From positions 288 through 64,287 of the forward strand of contig JAOMBT010000003.1 of NCBI GenBank assembly GCA_028344675.1: 64,000 bases of DNA. The letters are read 5' to 3'. The notes beneath the pieces are model-generated. The model was not told the DNA's origin. It did no database searches and was given only the letters and a program-made list of their open reading frames with translations. The translations under genes and the position numbers were made by a program. Shown here one piece after another: positions 8,229-18,188 of the stretch. Position 1 is the first letter of the stretch. Every line of letters starts with the position of its first letter. The stretch is from Acidimicrobiaceae bacterium (GTDB lineage Bacteria > Actinomycetota > Acidimicrobiia > Actinomarinales > Actinomarinaceae).

Positions 8229-9495
8229 TAACTATATTTTGGTTCCTTTCGGGTCCCACAGATATAAAAGTTATTGGAATTTTAATATAGTCTGCAATAG
8301 CATTTATATACTTTTTGGCATTTTCAGGCAAATCATCAAATTTTTTAACAGAAGTGATGTCTTCAGTCCACCCTTTATAAGTTTCATAAACTGGTTTAGC
8401 ATTGTAAAGTATATTCTGTTCATAAGGATAGTCGTTTATTACTTCTTGACCATTTTGATAACCAATACAAAGCTTTATCTCCTCAAGACCTGAAAGGACA
8501 TCAAGTTTTGTAATGAATAATTCGCTCAGAGAATTAACTCTTACAGAATATTTAAGAGAAATTAAATCCAGCCAGCCACACCTTCTTCTTCTACCTGTAA
8601 CAACCCCAAACTCTGCACCCTTTTCAATTAGGTAGTTTCCAATTTCATTATCTTGCTCTGTAATAAAAGGCCCACTCCCGACACGAGAAATATATGCTTT
8701 AGTAACACCAACAATTTTATCTAAATTTAACGGTCCAACACCAGAGCCAATAGCTGCATTACCAGATGAGGTATTAGAACTGGTTACAAAAGGGTATGTT
8801 CCATGATCAATATCAAGTAAAGTTCCCTGTGCACCTTCAAATAATACATTTTTATTTTCTTTTATTGCATTAGAGATTATTAAAGAAGTATCTTTTATAT
8901 GGTTGGTAATAAGATTTTTATATGATTTAAATTCTTTGATAATTTCTTCTGGACTCAAGGGATCTTTATTGTAAATTTTAGTTAGTAATTGATTCTTGTC
9001 TTCAACATTTTGTTTGACTTTTTTTTCAAAAATTTTATCATCAAGTAAATCTTGTATCCTAATCCCATTTCTCTGAATTTTATCTACATAACAAGGACCA
9101 ATACCTTTTTTGGTTGTACCAATTTTATTTTCTCCCAAGCTTTCTTCAATTAGCTCATCAAGTAATTTGTGATAAGGCATAACCACATGGGCATTTGAAG
9201 AAATTGCTAATTTTGTTGTGTTAATATCTTTTGAATTTAGCATTTCGATTTCTTTTTCTAAAAAGCCGATATCTATTACACAACCTGATCCAATTACAGG
9301 TATACAGCTAGGATATAGTACACCAGAAGGTATTAAAGATAACGCAATTTTTTCATCTTCGACGACAATAGTATGACCAGCATTGTTGCCACCTTGAAAC
9401 CTAACTACATAATCAGCTGAAGATGCAAAAAAATCTGTAACTTTACCCTTACCTTCATCACCCCACTGGGCCCCAAGAACTACGGTAGTGGACAA
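8215..9495 (-). CDS. purA: Adenylosuccinate synthetase
   Basis: 426 aa with the N-terminal P-loop QWGDEGKGK and the GTTKKGIGP motif. Confidence 0.95.
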   Translation of the reverse strand: MSTTVVLGAQWGDEGKGKVTDFFASSADYVVRFQGGNNAGHTIVVEDEKIALSLIPSGVLYPSCIPVIGSGCVIDIGFLEKEIEMLNSKDINTTKLAISSNAHVVMPYHKLLDELIEESLGENKIGTTKKGIGPCYVDKIQRNGIRIQDLLDDKIFEKKVKQNVEDKNQLLTKIYNKDPLSPEEIIKEFKSYKNLITNHIKDTSLIISNAIKENKNVLFEGAQGTLLDIDHGTYPFVTSSNTSSGNAAIGSGVGPLNLDKIVGVTKAYISRVGSGPFITEQDNEIGNYLIEKGAEFGVVTGRRRRCGWLDLISLKYSVRVNSLSELFITKLDVLSGLEEIKLCIGYQNGQEVINDYPYEQNILYNAKPVYETYKGWTEDITSVKKFDDLPENAKKYINAIADYIKIPITFISVGPERNQNIVIDYD

Positions 9496-9696
9496 ATTTT
9501 CTCCTTAGATACAACATAAGATAATAATGTCTATTTCTATTAAACAGAACATATTTCTTAGTCAATTTGGAAAATTATGCAAATAGTTTAAATTTTAAAG
9601 GTTTATTTAATTGAATCATAACCATTACCGTATTAAATTAATAATTAGTCGGCTTCTAAATGAAGCTGTCTACTTTTAATTAAAAGGAGATAAACA

Positions 9697-10776
9697 TTGA
9701 ATAAAAAAGCAATAGTTTTTCTTTTAGTATTTGCAATGGTAATTGTCGCTTGTGGAGACACAACTGATGACGCTGCTGTTGAAGCTACTGAAGAAGAACA
9801 TGACCACGAAGGGGAATCAACTCTTGAACAAGTTCAAGAAAGAGGATTCCTTAAGTGCGGTGTTAGCACCGGTGCAACTGGATTCACTGAAGTAGGGGAC
9901 GACGGTTCTTACTCAGGATTTGACGTTGACTACTGTTACGCAGTTGCTGCTGCTATCTTTGGTGATTACAGTAAAGTTGAATTTAAACAACTTACTTCAG
10001 CTGAAAGATTTACAGCACTTAGCGCTGGCGAAATTGACGTGTTAATAAGAAATACAACTTGGACTCAAAGTCGTGATACTGAATTAGGTAACGATTTTGG
10101 ACCAACAACTTATTATGATGGTCAACAATTAATGGGTAGAGTAGCTGATGGTTTGTCAAACAGCTCAACTGTCGCAGATATTGACGGTTTAAGAGTATGT
10201 ACAAACGCTGGAACAACAACTGAGAAAAATATTACTGAGCGTGTTGGTCTTGCAGGCGGAACAATTCAGCTTATTACAGTAGAAGCATTCTCTGAAGCAA
10301 TTGATAAATTTATTGCTGGTGAGTGTGACATTGTAACAACTGACGGTTCTGGACTTGTTGGCAGAAGAGCGGTAAATGATGCTCTTAATGATTGGGTAAT
10401 TTTCCCAACATCACCAATTTCCAAGGAACCACTTGGTCCTACATATAGATCAAATGATAGCCAGTGGGCAGACATCATTAACTGGACTGTATATGCAACA
10501 ATTATCGCTGACGAATATGGCGTTACTGCTGCAAATGTAGATTCAGCTGATCTTGAAGCTAACCCAGAATTAGGAAGACTCTTTGGTGCAAACGATGGAG
10601 AACTTCAAACTAAGATGGGTCTTAGTGCAGATGCTTACTATAACGTTATTAAGCAAGTCGGAAACTATGATGAAATCTTTTCAAGAAACCTAAATCCATT
10701 AGGTCTCTTTAGAGAAGGTGGAGATAACGACCGATGGGTAGATGGCGGATTAATTTACGCACCTCCTGCAAGGTAA
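9697..10776 (+). CDS. Amino-acid ABC transporter substrate-binding lipoprotein (general L-amino-acid AapJ/BztA-like)
   Basis: 359 aa with a signal peptide and lipobox (IVAC). It resembles family-3 solute-binding proteins. TTG start preceded by AAAAGGAG. Codon usage is visibly different from its neighbours (GGT/GCT/ACT/GAC-rich), consistent with high expression. Confidence 0.8.
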   Translation: MNKKAIVFLLVFAMVIVACGDTTDDAAVEATEEEHDHEGESTLEQVQERGFLKCGVSTGATGFTEVGDDGSYSGFDVDYCYAVAAAIFGDYSKVEFKQLTSAERFTALSAGEIDVLIRNTTWTQSRDTELGNDFGPTTYYDGQQLMGRVADGLSNSSTVADIDGLRVCTNAGTTTEKNITERVGLAGGTIQLITVEAFSEAIDKFIAGECDIVTTDGSGLVGRRAVNDALNDWVIFPTSPISKEPLGPTYRSNDSQWADIINWTVYATIIADEYGVTAANVDSADLEANPELGRLFGANDGELQTKMGLSADAYYNVIKQVGNYDEIFSRNLNPLGLFREGGDNDRWVDGGLIYAPPAR

Positions 10777-10796
10777 TTGTTAACAAAATTATTGCG

Positions 10797-10825
10797 AAAA
10801 GAGCCTCCGGGCTCTTTTTGCTTTT
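10797..10825 (+). terminator. Intrinsic terminator/attenuator between the binding-protein gene and the permease genes
   Basis: 9-bp stem AAAAGAGCC-TCCG-GGCTCTTTT followed by TGCTTTT. Confidence 0.8.
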
Positions 10826-10873
10826 GTAGGAATTTGAGTTTCATTTAAGAGTTCAATCAAGTACTATTTTTCT

Positions 10874-12424
10874 ATGGTGAAATTGCTAAGTAAAATAGGA
10901 GCATTTTTTAGAAATGTTGTTGTTTTAAAGTGGGCAGTACAATTTATTTTTCTCGGTGGTCTTATTGCTCTTATTTTTAATTATTTAAATATTGCTGTTG
11001 GTAATTTAGCTAATACAAATATTGCTTTCTCATGGGGATTTTTAGGAGAAACACCGGGAGTTTCAATTGCTGAAGGACTTTATACACTTCCTAAATCTGG
11101 TCTTCAAATGCTACAGACTGGAATGCTCAATATGTTACGTATCACAGTAACTGGGATAGTGGCTGCGACATTTTTTGGTACGATTCTTGGTATTGCAAGA
11201 TTATCTAATAACTATATTGTAGAAAAGACTGCTACTTCTCTCTTAGAGGTTGTCAGAAATGTTCCTTTATTAGTTCAAATTTTATTTTTCCAGGCTTTAA
11301 TTCTTTCACTACCAAGACTAGAAGTTTATGATGTTGGATCTGTACTGTTCCATGCTAGTTCAAAAGGAGTAGCCCTATCCTGGCCAAACAGACAAGATGG
11401 AGCATGGATGTTTATGCTTTATTTTTTAATAACCATTTACATCAGTAATCGTGTTTATAAACAAAGAGTTAAATTATTAGAAGAAGAAGGAAGAGAGACA
11501 AAACCGTTTCTTTGGTCTTTTTCAGCTTTAATTATATTATTAGCTGCTGGCTGGTTTGGGGGCTATAGGATTGTTGGAATAATTGGATTTGTCTCTGGTT
11601 TTATTTCACAAGGCCTTGAGCTACTTCCAGGTCTTTTTTATCAAGCTTTATTATCTATTTTAGCAGGTTATTTTTCATTCAGATCAGTAAGAAAACAGAT
11701 TCAAAGTAAAAGATCTGGAGAACTACAGGGTAAATATAGTGATGATGACTACTTTAAAATGATTATTACTATTGTTATCGCTCTAATATTTATCGCATTA
11801 ATGTTTGCTCCTGTAGGTCAAGGTATTGCTAAATTCTTAGTTGGAGACGAACCAACCTTTAAATCTGACTGGGGACTACCACAATTTTTTGGTGGAATTT
11901 CAAATGCACTTGATTGGTCTATTACAGGTACTCCTTATGAGTTAAATATGGCTGAAATTCAACAAGTTGGAACAACAAAATTTAAAAGATATTCTAATGA
12001 AGTTGGAAAAAGTTTAACTGTTGGGTATTTTGCTACCTGGATGGGTGTTGTTATTTATACAGCAATATTTATTTCTGAAATAGTTAGAGCTGGAATTATG
12101 GCAGTTTCTAAAGGTCAATCCGAAGCTGGCTTATCTCTTGGTTTAAGAAGAAGTGCACTCTTGAGGCTAATTGTTCTTCCACAAGCGGTAAGAATAATGC
12201 TCCCCCCAATGGGAAATCAATATCTTAATTTAGCAAAAAACACATCTCTAGGAATTGCTGTTGGGTTTCCAGAGGTAGTTGCTGTTGGACAAACACTATA
12301 TAATCAAGAAGGTCAAACCCTACCAGTTTTTCTTATTTGGATGATATTTTTTAGTACAGTGAGTTTAACCCTTTCAAGTATTGTCAATTATTACAATCGA
12401 AAACTAAAGATAGTAGAAAGATGA
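10874..12424 (+). CDS. Amino-acid ABC transporter permease (AapQ-like, enlarged)
   Basis: 516-aa polytopic ORF whose C-terminal part carries the EAA-type permease loop (SKGQSEAGLSLGLRRSALLRLIVLPQAVRIMLPPMGNQ). Confidence 0.8.
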   Translation: MVKLLSKIGAFFRNVVVLKWAVQFIFLGGLIALIFNYLNIAVGNLANTNIAFSWGFLGETPGVSIAEGLYTLPKSGLQMLQTGMLNMLRITVTGIVAATFFGTILGIARLSNNYIVEKTATSLLEVVRNVPLLVQILFFQALILSLPRLEVYDVGSVLFHASSKGVALSWPNRQDGAWMFMLYFLITIYISNRVYKQRVKLLEEEGRETKPFLWSFSALIILLAAGWFGGYRIVGIIGFVSGFISQGLELLPGLFYQALLSILAGYFSFRSVRKQIQSKRSGELQGKYSDDDYFKMIITIVIALIFIALMFAPVGQGIAKFLVGDEPTFKSDWGLPQFFGGISNALDWSITGTPYELNMAEIQQVGTTKFKRYSNEVGKSLTVGYFATWMGVVIYTAIFISEIVRAGIMAVSKGQSEAGLSLGLRRSALLRLIVLPQAVRIMLPPMGNQYLNLAKNTSLGIAVGFPEVVAVGQTLYNQEGQTLPVFLIWMIFFSTVSLTLSSIVNYYNRKLKIVER

Positions 12425-14223
12425 TGAATATAGACTTAAAAAAACAAACTAGGGTCATAAAAGAAAATTTATTTTCTTCTCCTGTATCTACATTGTTAAC
12501 GTTTCTTACCAGCTACATAATGATAAGTTTTTTTAGGGGAATGTTTGGTTTTGCAACAGCTCCAGATAAAGATTGGTTGTCAGTATTAAACAACATGCAA
12601 CTTTATATGGTTCAAGCTTATCCAGAATCTGATTTTATAAGAATCTGGATTTGTGTAGGTTTAGGTTTTATATTTTCCGGTCTTTCTGTAGGACTCTGGG
12701 AAACTGGTGAAAAAACATCTCTCAGTAAATTGTGTTTAACATTTTCAAAAATAATTTTTGGCATTATTTTTCTTACCCTTATTGCTCCAACTACTTCTGT
12801 TATTGTAAGTACAGCTACTGGAATAAGAGAACAAGTAGATGTTTTTTCATACGCTGAAAGAATTCCTTTATTAAGTATATTATTGGGACTATTAGTAGTA
12901 TTTTTTCTACTCTCAAAAATTAACCTAAACTTTAATAAGTCATTTTTAGTATCAATATATTTATTTGTTCCGATAGTTTTTTTGTGGCTTATGAAAATTC
13001 CAACTATTAAATTAGATGCAGAAAATCAACGAGTATTTCCCGATCCATTAATGCCAATAGCAAATTCTACAAAAATACCATGGACTTTAATATGGATGTC
13101 TTTCGTAGCCGCTTATTTAATTGGTATATATTTTAAGAATAAAAAACAGTTTAAAACTGCAGTTTCTATTTCGTGGGTATTACTACCATTGTTAATTTTT
13201 TCATGGATTTTCAAAAAACCTCTTATTGACTTAAATGAACTTATTAGAAATGATATTCCAGTATTTATTGGATTTTTACTAGTAGGCGTATTAACTATAT
13301 ATTTTATTAATAATAAAATTGTTGAGAAGTTCTATGGTTATTACTTAGGACTTCTAGTGATCGTTACATTAGCTTCTCTGTTTTTAAAAGTTATCCTACT
13401 TGTAAAAGCCGGTCTATTATTACTTTTACTGTTTTCAGTTATTATTCCAGCAGTTTCTACTTCTGCAAAAGGTAAAAGAAGCTTGACTATTGTGTGGATA
13501 GTATCTTTAACAACAACTGCATTTTTACTTGAAGGAGGAACTTCGACTACTCAGATAGTAGTTCCTGGCTCAAGTATTTTTGGAGGATTTTCACTAACAT
13601 GGCTATTGGCAATATTTGGGACATATGTGTCTTTTCCCCTAGGAGTTCTATTAGCTCTAGGCAGAAACTCTTCTCTTCCAATTATTAAAGGTGTTTGCAC
13701 AGGAATAATTGAACTTGTTAGATCTGTCCCATACATTACCTGGCTATTTTTTGCCAGCGTAACGATGGCAGTATTTTTACCTGACGGTGTAGAGTTTAAT
13801 CTCATAGTTAGAGTCTTGATTGTTACAGCTTTTTTCAGTGGTGCTTATTTTGCAGAAAATATTAGAGGTGGCCTACAGTCAATACCCAAAGGACAATTCG
13901 AGGCTGCAGATGCAATTGGCATGAATACTGTGCAAAAGACGTCATTGATTGTGCTACCACAAGCTTTGAGGGCAATAGTTCCAACTCTAGTTAGCAGTAT
14001 CATTACTGGATTTAAGGATTCTAGCCTCGTAACAATTATTGGATTATTTGACTTTCTCACAATTGGCCGAATGGTTATCGGCAATCAATCAATCCCCATA
14101 AACTTTATTGGACATGATAGAGAAAACTTACTATTTATTGCGTTGGTTTATTGGATTTTTACATTTACATTATCTAGAAGGAGTATGAAGTTTGAAAAGC
14201 GATTAGGATTAGGTGAAAGGTAA
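12421..14223 (+). CDS. Amino-acid ABC transporter permease (AapM-like) with a roughly 380-aa extra N-terminal multi-TM region
   Basis: 600-aa ORF. Its C-terminal third has the permease loop [33 protein letters not shown]. It overlaps the upstream gene by 4 nt. Confidence 0.8.
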   Translation: MMNIDLKKQTRVIKENLFSSPVSTLLTFLTSYIMISFFRGMFGFATAPDKDWLSVLNNMQLYMVQAYPESDFIRIWICVGLGFIFSGLSVGLWETGEKTSLSKLCLTFSKIIFGIIFLTLIAPTTSVIVSTATGIREQVDVFSYAERIPLLSILLGLLVVFFLLSKINLNFNKSFLVSIYLFVPIVFLWLMKIPTIKLDAENQRVFPDPLMPIANSTKIPWTLIWMSFVAAYLIGIYFKNKKQFKTAVSISWVLLPLLIFSWIFKKPLIDLNELIRNDIPVFIGFLLVGVLTIYFINNKIVEKFYGYYLGLLVIVTLASLFLKVILLVKAGLLLLLLFSVIIPAVSTSAKGKRSLTIVWIVSLTTTAFLLEGGTSTTQIVVPGSSIFGGFSLTWLLAIFGTYVSFPLGVLLALGRNSSLPIIKGVCTGIIELVRSVPYITWLFFASVTMAVFLPDGVEFNLIVRVLIVTAFFSGAYFAENIRGGLQSIPKGQFEAADAIGMNTVQKTSLIVLPQALRAIVPTLVSSIITGFKDSSLVTIIGLFDFLTIGRMVIGNQSIPINFIGHDRENLLFIALVYWIFTFTLSRRSMKFEKRLGLGER

Positions 14224-14227
14224 TTAT

Positions 14228-14956
14228 ATGAGCATTATTGAAGCTAAAGATGTAAAAAAATGGTTTGGAGACTTCCAGGCACTAAAAGGCATATCTATGG
14301 AGATACAAGAGGGAGAAGTACTTGTAGTTTGTGGTCCATCAGGTTCTGGAAAATCAACCTTCATTAGATGTATAAACAGATTAGAGCAACACCAAGAAGG
14401 GTCAATAATTGTTGACGGAATTGAATTGACTAATGATATTAAAAATATTGAAGCAATCAGATCTGAAGTAGGAATGGTTTTTCAGAGTTTCAACTTATTT
14501 CCACACCTTACAGTCTTACAAAACATAACTCTTGCTCCTATATGGGTTAGAAAAAAAAGTAAATCTGACTCTGAGGTCAAAGCAATGGAACTTTTAGAGC
14601 GTGTAGGTATTCCGGAGCAAGCACATAAATTTCCTGGACAACTCTCTGGTGGCCAGCAACAAAGAGTAGCAATAGCAAGAGCTCTTGCTATGGAACCTAA
14701 AATAATGCTTTTTGATGAACCAACGTCTGCTCTTGACCCAGAAATGATAAAAGAAGTACTTGATGTTATGAAAGAGCTCGCCAAATCTGGTATGACAATG
14801 ATTGTAGTTACACATGAAATGGGTTTTGCAAAGGAAGTCGCGGACAGGGTAATGTTGTTTGATGATGGTTTAATGGTTGAAGAAAATACTCCAAATGAAT
14901 TTTTTGATAATCCAAAAAATGATAGAACTAAGCTATTTCTTAGTCAGATACTCTAA
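14228..14956 (+). CDS. Amino-acid ABC transporter ATP-binding protein
   Basis: Walker [10 protein letters not shown], signature [15 protein letters not shown], Walker [13 protein letters not shown] prefer the ATG at 14228 (MSIIEAKD...) over the ORF-track start at 14213, because 14213 overlaps the upstream gene. Confidence 0.9.
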   Translation: MSIIEAKDVKKWFGDFQALKGISMEIQEGEVLVVCGPSGSGKSTFIRCINRLEQHQEGSIIVDGIELTNDIKNIEAIRSEVGMVFQSFNLFPHLTVLQNITLAPIWVRKKSKSDSEVKAMELLERVGIPEQAHKFPGQLSGGQQQRVAIARALAMEPKIMLFDEPTSALDPEMIKEVLDVMKELAKSGMTMIVVTHEMGFAKEVADRVMLFDDGLMVEENTPNEFFDNPKNDRTKLFLSQIL

Positions 14957-16095
14957 AGACTATTCCAAAGGTCTTGTTCAGCAAGATCAATTATTGAAGC
15001 ACCCATAGCAAAAGCACCATCATATATAGCCCTATGCCCACCTTCGGTCAATGTTGCTGCAGCATATTCAGGTTGATGATTTACTGCTTTTTTTTCGCCT
15101 ATTGAAAGCATTGGATGTATTGAAGGAAAAACTTGTGAAATGTTACCCATATCTGTAGAACCTAAACCAGGACGCGTAGCATTCTTTTGTAAAATCATTT
15201 CTCTTCCTACTTCCTTTGCATTCTGAGTGAATAATTTGTAAAGCTTTTCGTTATTGTTTATTTCTTCATATCTGTAATCAGGAGATGTAATTTTAACTTC
15301 ACATTTAGTAGACATTGCAGCAGCGTTAACAAAGTTATGAAAATTTTTTTCTAGCTCGTCTAATCCTGCTTTGTTTAATGATCTTAGATACCATTCGGAC
15401 TTAGTATATGAGGGAATAATATTGGGTTTAAAACCACCATCTCTAATAACCCCGTGCATTCTATTACTCTGAACCATTTGCTGTCTATAAGTTGATGCAT
15501 TTACAAATAATTGAATTTGAGCATCAAGAGCATTAATCCCTTGGTCTGGAGCTCCTGCAGCATGTGCATCTTTCCCAAAATATTCGATAGTGTATTGCTG
15601 TATTGTTGTAAAAGTTGGATTAACAACGTCTTCATAACCAGGATGAATCATCATAGAACATGAAGCATCCTCAAATGCTCCATTATCCAAGAGAATAATT
15701 TTTCCACCACCACCTTCTTCCGCCGGAGTTCCTAATAGCTTTACCCTTATCTCAAGGTCTTTAGCTAACTTACTTAATGCAAGGCCAGCTCCTATTGATG
15801 CAGTAGCGATAATATTATGACCACAAGCATGGCCAATTTCAGGTAATGCGTCATACTCAACACATATGACAGTTAAAGGACCTGAGTCACCATAAGTTAT
15901 ATCAAAAGCAGTGTCTAGATTGTGTGAAGGGTAATTAACTTTTTGTGAATGACCCTCTATGAAATCGACTAAATATTTAGATGTTTCATATTCTTCAAAG
16001 CCAAGTTCTGGATTATGGTACATCCAATCACTCACATCACATAAACCTTTATAAATACTATCTAAGGATTTTTTAAATTTGTCTTTATTATTCAT
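14953..16095 (-). CDS. M20 family amidohydrolase/peptidase (AbgB/AmhX-like)
   Basis: 380 aa with the metal-binding segment GHACGHN and overall M20D-like organisation. Confidence 0.75.
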   Translation of the reverse strand: MNNKDKFKKSLDSIYKGLCDVSDWMYHNPELGFEEYETSKYLVDFIEGHSQKVNYPSHNLDTAFDITYGDSGPLTVICVEYDALPEIGHACGHNIIATASIGAGLALSKLAKDLEIRVKLLGTPAEEGGGGKIILLDNGAFEDASCSMMIHPGYEDVVNPTFTTIQQYTIEYFGKDAHAAGAPDQGINALDAQIQLFVNASTYRQQMVQSNRMHGVIRDGGFKPNIIPSYTKSEWYLRSLNKAGLDELEKNFHNFVNAAAMSTKCEVKITSPDYRYEEINNNEKLYKLFTQNAKEVGREMILQKNATRPGLGSTDMGNISQVFPSIHPMLSIGEKKAVNHQPEYAAATLTEGGHRAIYDGAFAMGASIIDLAEQDLWNSL

Positions 16096-17381
16096 GATTC
16101 AATTTTAGTAAAATATTCTACTTCATACTGGCTAGAATTGTTCCAAATAATCCAATCTAGATTTTTGTTTTCAGCTGCTTTTATGGTTATTTGTACATCT
16201 TCTGAATCATGCCAAAAGCCTTGTAGAAATGGTCTAATCTTTTCCTTTTCTATGCCTCTTTTAAGCCCATCGTTAAGTGCAGCAGAAACTACTTCATAAG
16301 GAAAATTATTTGGATACTGATATCCAAAAGATCCCTTTGAGTAATGTGATGGATAAACCATTGGAGATATAAAATCTACTGTTTCAACAATTGTTTCTAA
16401 ATGTTGACCTATACCGTTATCTGATTTATTTTGTAAAACATAACCAAATATGTCAGCTGAAACTAAACAACCCATTCCGTTTAAAACGTCTTTTGAAGAT
16501 ATTAAAAAAGAATTTATGTTTTCAACTCTATTTTTTGTTATATTTTCATCTTCATAAATTAATCCCTTAGTGTTCGTGTCTGGATATCGTATATAATCAA
16601 ATTGAATTTCGTCGAAACCCAATGAGCAGGCTTCAGCTGCAACATTAAGAACGTAATCCCTAGCTTTATCATCACCTGGATCTAAAAAGTATTGCCCATT
16701 CTGAGTAAAAGGAGAATTAGTTTCAGGATTTATAACAGATGAGTTTTCAAATTTTTTTGCAAAAGTAGGATCTTGAAATGCCACTACCCTACCTATTAAA
16801 TATATATTGAAGTCACTTTTAAATTTAAGTAGTACATCTTTGTCATACTTGACTCTTTTGTTGTTTAGTTCACTTACTTCTGGCAACCCGCTGTTGTATA
16901 AAAGATGACCGTTATCTGTTTTTACATCCAACACAACAGTGTTTACTTCAGTTTTTAAAAGAATATTGGTTATTGATTGTATCTTGTCTTTGTTTGTGAA
17001 ATCATAACCATTTAAATATATACCTTTGACCCCACCTTCTTTTTCTTTAAGTGAAAGCCACTTAAATTTTGCTAAGTATTTATTTATATTTTTGTTATTT
17101 GCAATACTTTCTTCAGCATAAGTAGCAAAAAAATATTCTGAATTCAAAGTTTCAGCTACTTTAAACTCTTCATATTTTTTATTAAATAATACTTTGTCTT
17201 CTTCACTGAAAACTAATTCACTTGGGCTAGTTATTTCTGTTTTTATTACGATTGAGATTATTTCATCCTTTAATTTCTTAACTATCTCTAAATAGCTAAA
17301 ACTTTCATCGTTTCCAAAATTTACAGAAAATGGAACACAAAGGAGAAGTATAAATGCTACAAAAAAAATTACCCTGTTCAT
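16092..17381 (-). CDS. Secreted putative glycoside-hydrolase-like protein (DUF4015/GHL-type TIM barrel)
   Basis: 429 aa with an N-terminal signal peptide. Motifs TVVLDVKTDNG and GFDEIQFDYIRYP resemble the putative glycosyl hydrolase-like family. Confidence 0.55.
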   Translation of the reverse strand: MNRVIFFVAFILLLCVPFSVNFGNDESFSYLEIVKKLKDEIISIVIKTEITSPSELVFSEEDKVLFNKKYEEFKVAETLNSEYFFATYAEESIANNKNINKYLAKFKWLSLKEKEGGVKGIYLNGYDFTNKDKIQSITNILLKTEVNTVVLDVKTDNGHLLYNSGLPEVSELNNKRVKYDKDVLLKFKSDFNIYLIGRVVAFQDPTFAKKFENSSVINPETNSPFTQNGQYFLDPGDDKARDYVLNVAAEACSLGFDEIQFDYIRYPDTNTKGLIYEDENITKNRVENINSFLISSKDVLNGMGCLVSADIFGYVLQNKSDNGIGQHLETIVETVDFISPMVYPSHYSKGSFGYQYPNNFPYEVVSAALNDGLKRGIEKEKIRPFLQGFWHDSEDVQITIKAAENKNLDWIIWNNSSQYEVEYFTKIES

Positions 17382-17438
17382 AAGCCTATTTTTAGAATAC
17401 TTAACAAATTCTTATTTTGCGAGTTTTATAATGCATGT

Positions 17439-18188
17439 ATGGAAAATCAGAGATATAAAAAAGCCGAAAAATTTTTTGAAGTACCAGTGATGATATCTGT
17501 ACTTATGCTTATACCGGTATTAATTATTGAATACTCTCAGCAAAATTTAAGCAGTATTGCTTATTATTTGAATTGGGGAATATGGTTTGTTTTCCTTTTG
17601 GAATATACCGTTTTATTGTATTTTGCAGAAAATAAATTTAAGTTTATTAAAACTCATAAAATCGAATTATTCATTGTAATCTTTTCTTTTCCTATTGTCC
17701 CTGAGGGTTTGCAGTCTTCTGGATTTTTAAGATTTGCAAGACTACCGAGGATTTTAAATGCATTTAGATTCTTTAGGCTCGCTGCCTTGCTAACAAGATT
17801 TTCTACAACGGTTAAATCTATATTTAATTCAAAAGGTCTTAGATTTATAGTTTACGCAACTATTGGTATTGTTTTGTTTTTCGGGTTTTTATTTTATATA
17901 TCTGAACCAGCTGTAAATACATATGGTGATGGTATTTGGTGGGCATTAGTCACAATTACTACAGTGGGTTACGGAGATATTACACCACTTACTAACCTTG
18001 GGAGAATTATTGCAAGCTCTTTAATGGTCATGGGCATTGGATTTATTGCCACAATAACCGCAGCAGTATCTTCCTACTTTATTACCAGCTTTAGCGATAA
18101 AGAGATAACTATTAATGAATTAGGTGACAAATTAGATAAACTTGAACAAGAGATTAAAAATTTAAAAAAGGACCTTAATGACAACTGA
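17439..18188 (+). CDS. Potassium channel (ion-transport family, voltage-sensor-like S4 plus pore)
   Basis: 249 aa with the K+ selectivity filter TTVGYGD and an Arg-repeat helix (RFARLPRILNAFRFFR). Confidence 0.85.
   Translation: MENQRYKKAEKFFEVPVMISVLMLIPVLIIEYSQQNLSSIAYYLNWGIWFVFLLEYTVLLYFAENKFKFIKTHKIELFIVIFSFPIVPEGLQSSGFLRFARLPRILNAFRFFRLAALLTRFSTTVKSIFNSKGLRFIVYATIGIVLFFGFLFYISEPAVNTYGDGIWWALVTITTVGYGDITPLTNLGRIIASSLMVMGIGFIATITAAVSSYFITSFSDKEITINELGDKLDKLEQEIKNLKKDLNDN

Noticed and set aside
9496-9696. Riboswitch or small RNA in the largest intergenic region (200 nt, divergent purA / binding-protein promoters)
   Set aside because: The sequence is uniformly AT-rich and lacks the G/C-rich conserved cores or extended stems expected for known riboswitch classes. 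Only a weak 5-bp hairpin (GCTTC...GAAGC) is present.
14213-14227. Upstream starts given by the ORF track for the ABC ATPase (14213) and the MobA-like gene (29277)
   Set aside because: Both would overlap the preceding gene by 11-37 nt and add non-conserved residues. The internal ATGs at 14228 and 29316 begin exactly at the conserved N-termini.
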